Shown here: piece by piece, positions 61,391 to 64,000 of the stretch
Layout: each line of letters opens with the position of its first letter
Position numbering within the stretch: position 1 is the first letter of the stretch
Source: Candidatus Multivoradales bacterium
GTDB taxonomy: Bacteria > Acidobacteriota > Thermoanaerobaculia > Multivoradales > JAHEKO01
Reading direction: 5' to 3'
Assembly (NCBI GenBank): GCA_965248055.1
Contig: CBDFIJ010000004.1
Location: 64,001-128,000 of the forward strand
DNA: 64,000 nt
Program-made: the position numbers and the translations under genes
Notes under the pieces: model-generated
Told to the model about the DNA's origin: nothing
Seen by the model: only the letters and a program-made list of their open reading frames with translations
The model's database searches: none

Positions 61391-62178
61391 CACAGCACCC
61401 TCGCTTGGCGAACTAGATGTTCGACCAACTGCGCAACCATTTCTTGGGGGGAACCCTGCAGCATCTCGGCTCCACCCCCTGAGTCCGGAAATGCAACCGC
61501 CTCAATCTGCACCAAGGAACCTGCAGCTCCGACTTGATCTTCGGTGAATCCGAGCTCCGAAGACGTCAACGCGACCAGTTCTTTCCTTTTCGCCTGCATG
61601 ATTCCGCGCAAAGACGCGTAGCGCGGAGTATTGAGCCCTGCCTGGATCTGCAACACCGCCGGCAGTTTCAAGCGCACGATCTGGTTGATCCCAGATTCCA
61701 TTTCCCGGGTAACCAGAACGCTTCCCTCTTCCAATGCGATCCCCATGACCAACCAAGCGTGTGGCCAGCCCAGATACTCGGCGACTACGGAACCGGTGGC
61801 AGCCCAACCGAGATCGTCGGACTGGGATCCGGTGAGTACTAGGTCGAATTCCTCCCTCTGCAGCGCCTTGGCGAGCACTCGCCCGGTAGCCAACGCGTCT
61901 CCACCGACTAGATTGTCGCCCTGGATATGAACAGCGCGCGTAGCTCCCAAAGCTAACGCCTTGCGTAAAGCCTCGCCCACCCGAGCGGGCCCCAAACCAT
62001 AGACCACCACTTCGCCTTCGGTTCTCTCGGCGATCTGCAACGCCTCCTCGACTGCATACTGATCGTTCTCACTGATAACGAACGGTAGATCTTCTTCATC
62101 CAGCCACTTGCCGTCTGCCGCAACTCGTAGTCTAGCTTCGGTATCGGGCACCTGTTTGATGCACACCGCTATCTTCAT
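61390..62178 (-). CDS. etfB: Electron transfer flavoprotein beta
   Basis: MKIAVCIKQVPDT, PRYASLRGIMQAK. Confidence 0.95.
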   Translation of the reverse strand: MKIAVCIKQVPDTEARLRVAADGKWLDEEDLPFVISENDQYAVEEALQIAERTEGEVVVYGLGPARVGEALRKALALGATRAVHIQGDNLVGGDALATGRVLAKALQREEFDLVLTGSQSDDLGWAATGSVVAEYLGWPHAWLVMGIALEEGSVLVTREMESGINQIVRLKLPAVLQIQAGLNTPRYASLRGIMQAKRKELVALTSSELGFTEDQVGAAGSLVQIEAVAFPDSGGGAEMLQGSPQEMVAQLVEHLVRQARVL

Positions 62179-62430
62179 CGATCTCCTCTCGTGAATGTCG
62201 AGTCCGGACTACCAAGGTTTCCCGCGTCCGGTGTCGGAAAACCAACCTTATTCGTCCGGTTGGACTAAGGTCAACCGGGAAATCGAGCGAACGGAACTGG
62301 CAAGCAGCGTGCAGGCTTCGGGTAATCGACCGGAGTTGGACATCACATTCGGCCCGATGTTAGCTTCGCCTCGTTATAGCCTACTGAGGCACCCCTTTAC
62401 GTCCATCTATCGAGAGGCAGACCAACTTAC

Positions 62431-63135
62431 ATGTGGATCATCGCTCAAGCTCATTCCGCTCCAGGCCTTATGGAGCTTTTCCTCGAGGCGGGACTTTTTG
62501 CCAAATTCATTCTCGGCCTGTTGGTCTTCTTGTCGTTGGGTTCTTGGGCCATCATGGCGCGCAAGTCCCTACAAATTCGGCGCGCCGACCGGGAAAACGA
62601 GATTTTCTTGTCGGCCTTTCGTCACAGCAAACGGTTTTCCGAGGTCAATCGCGCCGCCGAAGATCTTGACACCAGCCCGTTGGTAGGCATGTTTCAGGCT
62701 GGCTACTTGGAGATCGATGCCCAGATCAAGGCTGCGCGAGAGGGTGAAGGGTCGGAGGCAGCTTACAAATTGTCCTCTCTCACCTCTTTGGAACGCAGCC
62801 TGCGACGAGCCGCTCAATCGGAAGTCAGAAGGCTAGCGCGAGGATTTGGCTTTCTCGCCACCACCGCGTCAGCGAGTCCGTTTATCGGTCTCTTGGGCAC
62901 CGTCTGGGGAATCATGGTGTCCTTCCAGAGCATTGGCGCCACCGGCTCGACATCGCTGGTCGCGGTCGCACCCGGTATCGCCGAAGCCCTGGTTAACACC
63001 GCAGCCGGACTGGCCGCGGCCATCCCGGCCTTGGTCGGCTACAACTACTTTTCCGGGCGATTGCGGGAAGTGCGGGCCCAGACTGAAGACTTCCATCTGG
63101 AATTCCTCAACCTGGCCGAACGAAACTTCTCCTAG
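62431..63135 (+). CDS. tolQ: TolQ (MotA/TolQ/ExbB family)
   Basis: SPFIGLLGTVWGIM, VAPGIAEAL, AIPA. Confidence 0.88.
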   Translation: MWIIAQAHSAPGLMELFLEAGLFAKFILGLLVFLSLGSWAIMARKSLQIRRADRENEIFLSAFRHSKRFSEVNRAAEDLDTSPLVGMFQAGYLEIDAQIKAAREGEGSEAAYKLSSLTSLERSLRRAAQSEVRRLARGFGFLATTASASPFIGLLGTVWGIMVSFQSIGATGSTSLVAVAPGIAEALVNTAAGLAAAIPALVGYNYFSGRLREVRAQTEDFHLEFLNLAERNFS

Positions 63136-63146
63136 GAGCGCTGGCG

Positions 63147-63569
63147 GTGGCCTTCAACTTTGGATCCCAGCAGGAGGACGATCAAGTTCTCACTGACATC
63201 AACGTCACCCCTCTGGTGGACGTGATGTTGGTGCTGTTAATCATTTTCATGATCGCTGCGCCGATGCTGCATCAGGGCATTGAAGTCGCCCTGCCGCAGG
63301 CCAACGCCGGTGCCCTGCCGCAACGCACTCAGGATCCCATGGTGATCTCGATCAATCGAGATGGTCTGATCTATCTCTTTGAAGAACCGATTCACGCCTC
63401 CCAACTGGTGGACCGCTTGCAGCCCTTGGTGCAAGCCCGCGCTGGCGAAACGGTATTCGTCAAAGGCGATCGCGATGTCGCCTACGGCCAAGTGATGGAA
63501 GTCCTCGACTTGCTGCGCGAAGGCGGAATCGTCAATGTCGGCATGGTTACCGATCGTAGAAGTCGCTAA
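63147..63569 (+). CDS. tolR: TolR/ExbD
   Basis: INVTPLVDVMLVLLIIFM. Confidence 0.88.
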   Translation: MAFNFGSQQEDDQVLTDINVTPLVDVMLVLLIIFMIAAPMLHQGIEVALPQANAGALPQRTQDPMVISINRDGLIYLFEEPIHASQLVDRLQPLVQARAGETVFVKGDRDVAYGQVMEVLDLLREGGIVNVGMVTDRRSR

Positions 63570-63642
63570 ACGAACCAAACCGGTATTTTATGGCTCTAGT
63601 TCACCGGCACCATCAACCGTCTCAAGTCAACGCCTAAGCTAA

Positions 63643-64000
63643 ATGAGCCGGAGCATCAGTACACACCTTGATCGGCGCTTTGAGCGGTTGGAGGCGGAAA
63701 ATCGAGCTTCCGGCTTGGCTATGTCGCTAGGCATGCATCTCGCTATCATCGCCTTCGCCTGGTTTGCCTCCACCTGGTCGACCGCGCCGGTGATGATCGA
63801 CGACTTCAGTCAGGTGGTGCGACTGGTACCGGTCGCCGCCCTCGGAACTCGCGAGGTGCAACCGAAACCCACGCCCCCCGCACCTCGACAGGAAGCGGTC
63901 CCCGAACTGGAAGAACCAGCGGCTGAAGAAACGGAGATCGAAGAACCGGTGCCAACCCTCTCCCCACCGCCTGAGCGCCGCAAGCCCACGCCATCACCGG
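63643..64000 (+). CDS. TolA/TonB-like protein, N-terminal part
   Basis: TM helix with SLGMH motif then Pro/Glu-rich linker; follows tolQR; open to window end. Confidence 0.75.
   Translation, partial: MSRSISTHLDRRFERLEAENRASGLAMSLGMHLAIIAFAWFASTWSTAPVMIDDFSQVVRLVPVAALGTREVQPKPTPPAPRQEAVPELEEPAAEETEIEEPVPTLSPPPERRKPTPSP

Overview
GC-rich bacterial chromosomal segment. Gene content suggests Acidobacteriota (inference only, e.g. fused LptF-LptG, long LptC/LptA-like protein, rpoN-hpf-ptsN-hprK-rapZ-PTS operon). Most of the window is housekeeping: exeA/exeB-like, dnaB, alr, purC, pepA, peptide ABC ATPases, TolC/MacAB-type exporter, tRNA-Leu(CAA), carD, priA, accA, lptB, rpoN operon, miaB, parAB, metK, etfAB, tolQR. 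Two accessory regions stand out. (1) 1-4957 is a nested IS pile (IS3, IS256, IS5, IS481) plus orphan genes separated by a duplicated ~165-bp copy of the exeB-like gene's downstream sequence. (2) 23719-30700 is a cassette array with no integrase in the window. Diverged copies of the 3' end and downstream region of a TPR-protein gene alternate with defence-type cargo: Fic, an MBL-fold hydrolase, and a PARIS-like ATPase + DUF4435 pair. At both loci the duplicated block ends sharply at a CCTGTCACC-type motif, suggesting a common, possibly undescribed, gene-capture mechanism. Other oddities: a dif-like site right after parB, a divergent class III cyclase-like protein, an EIIA(Man) with His->Gln, a repeat-derived insertion in PriA, and a frameshift in accA.
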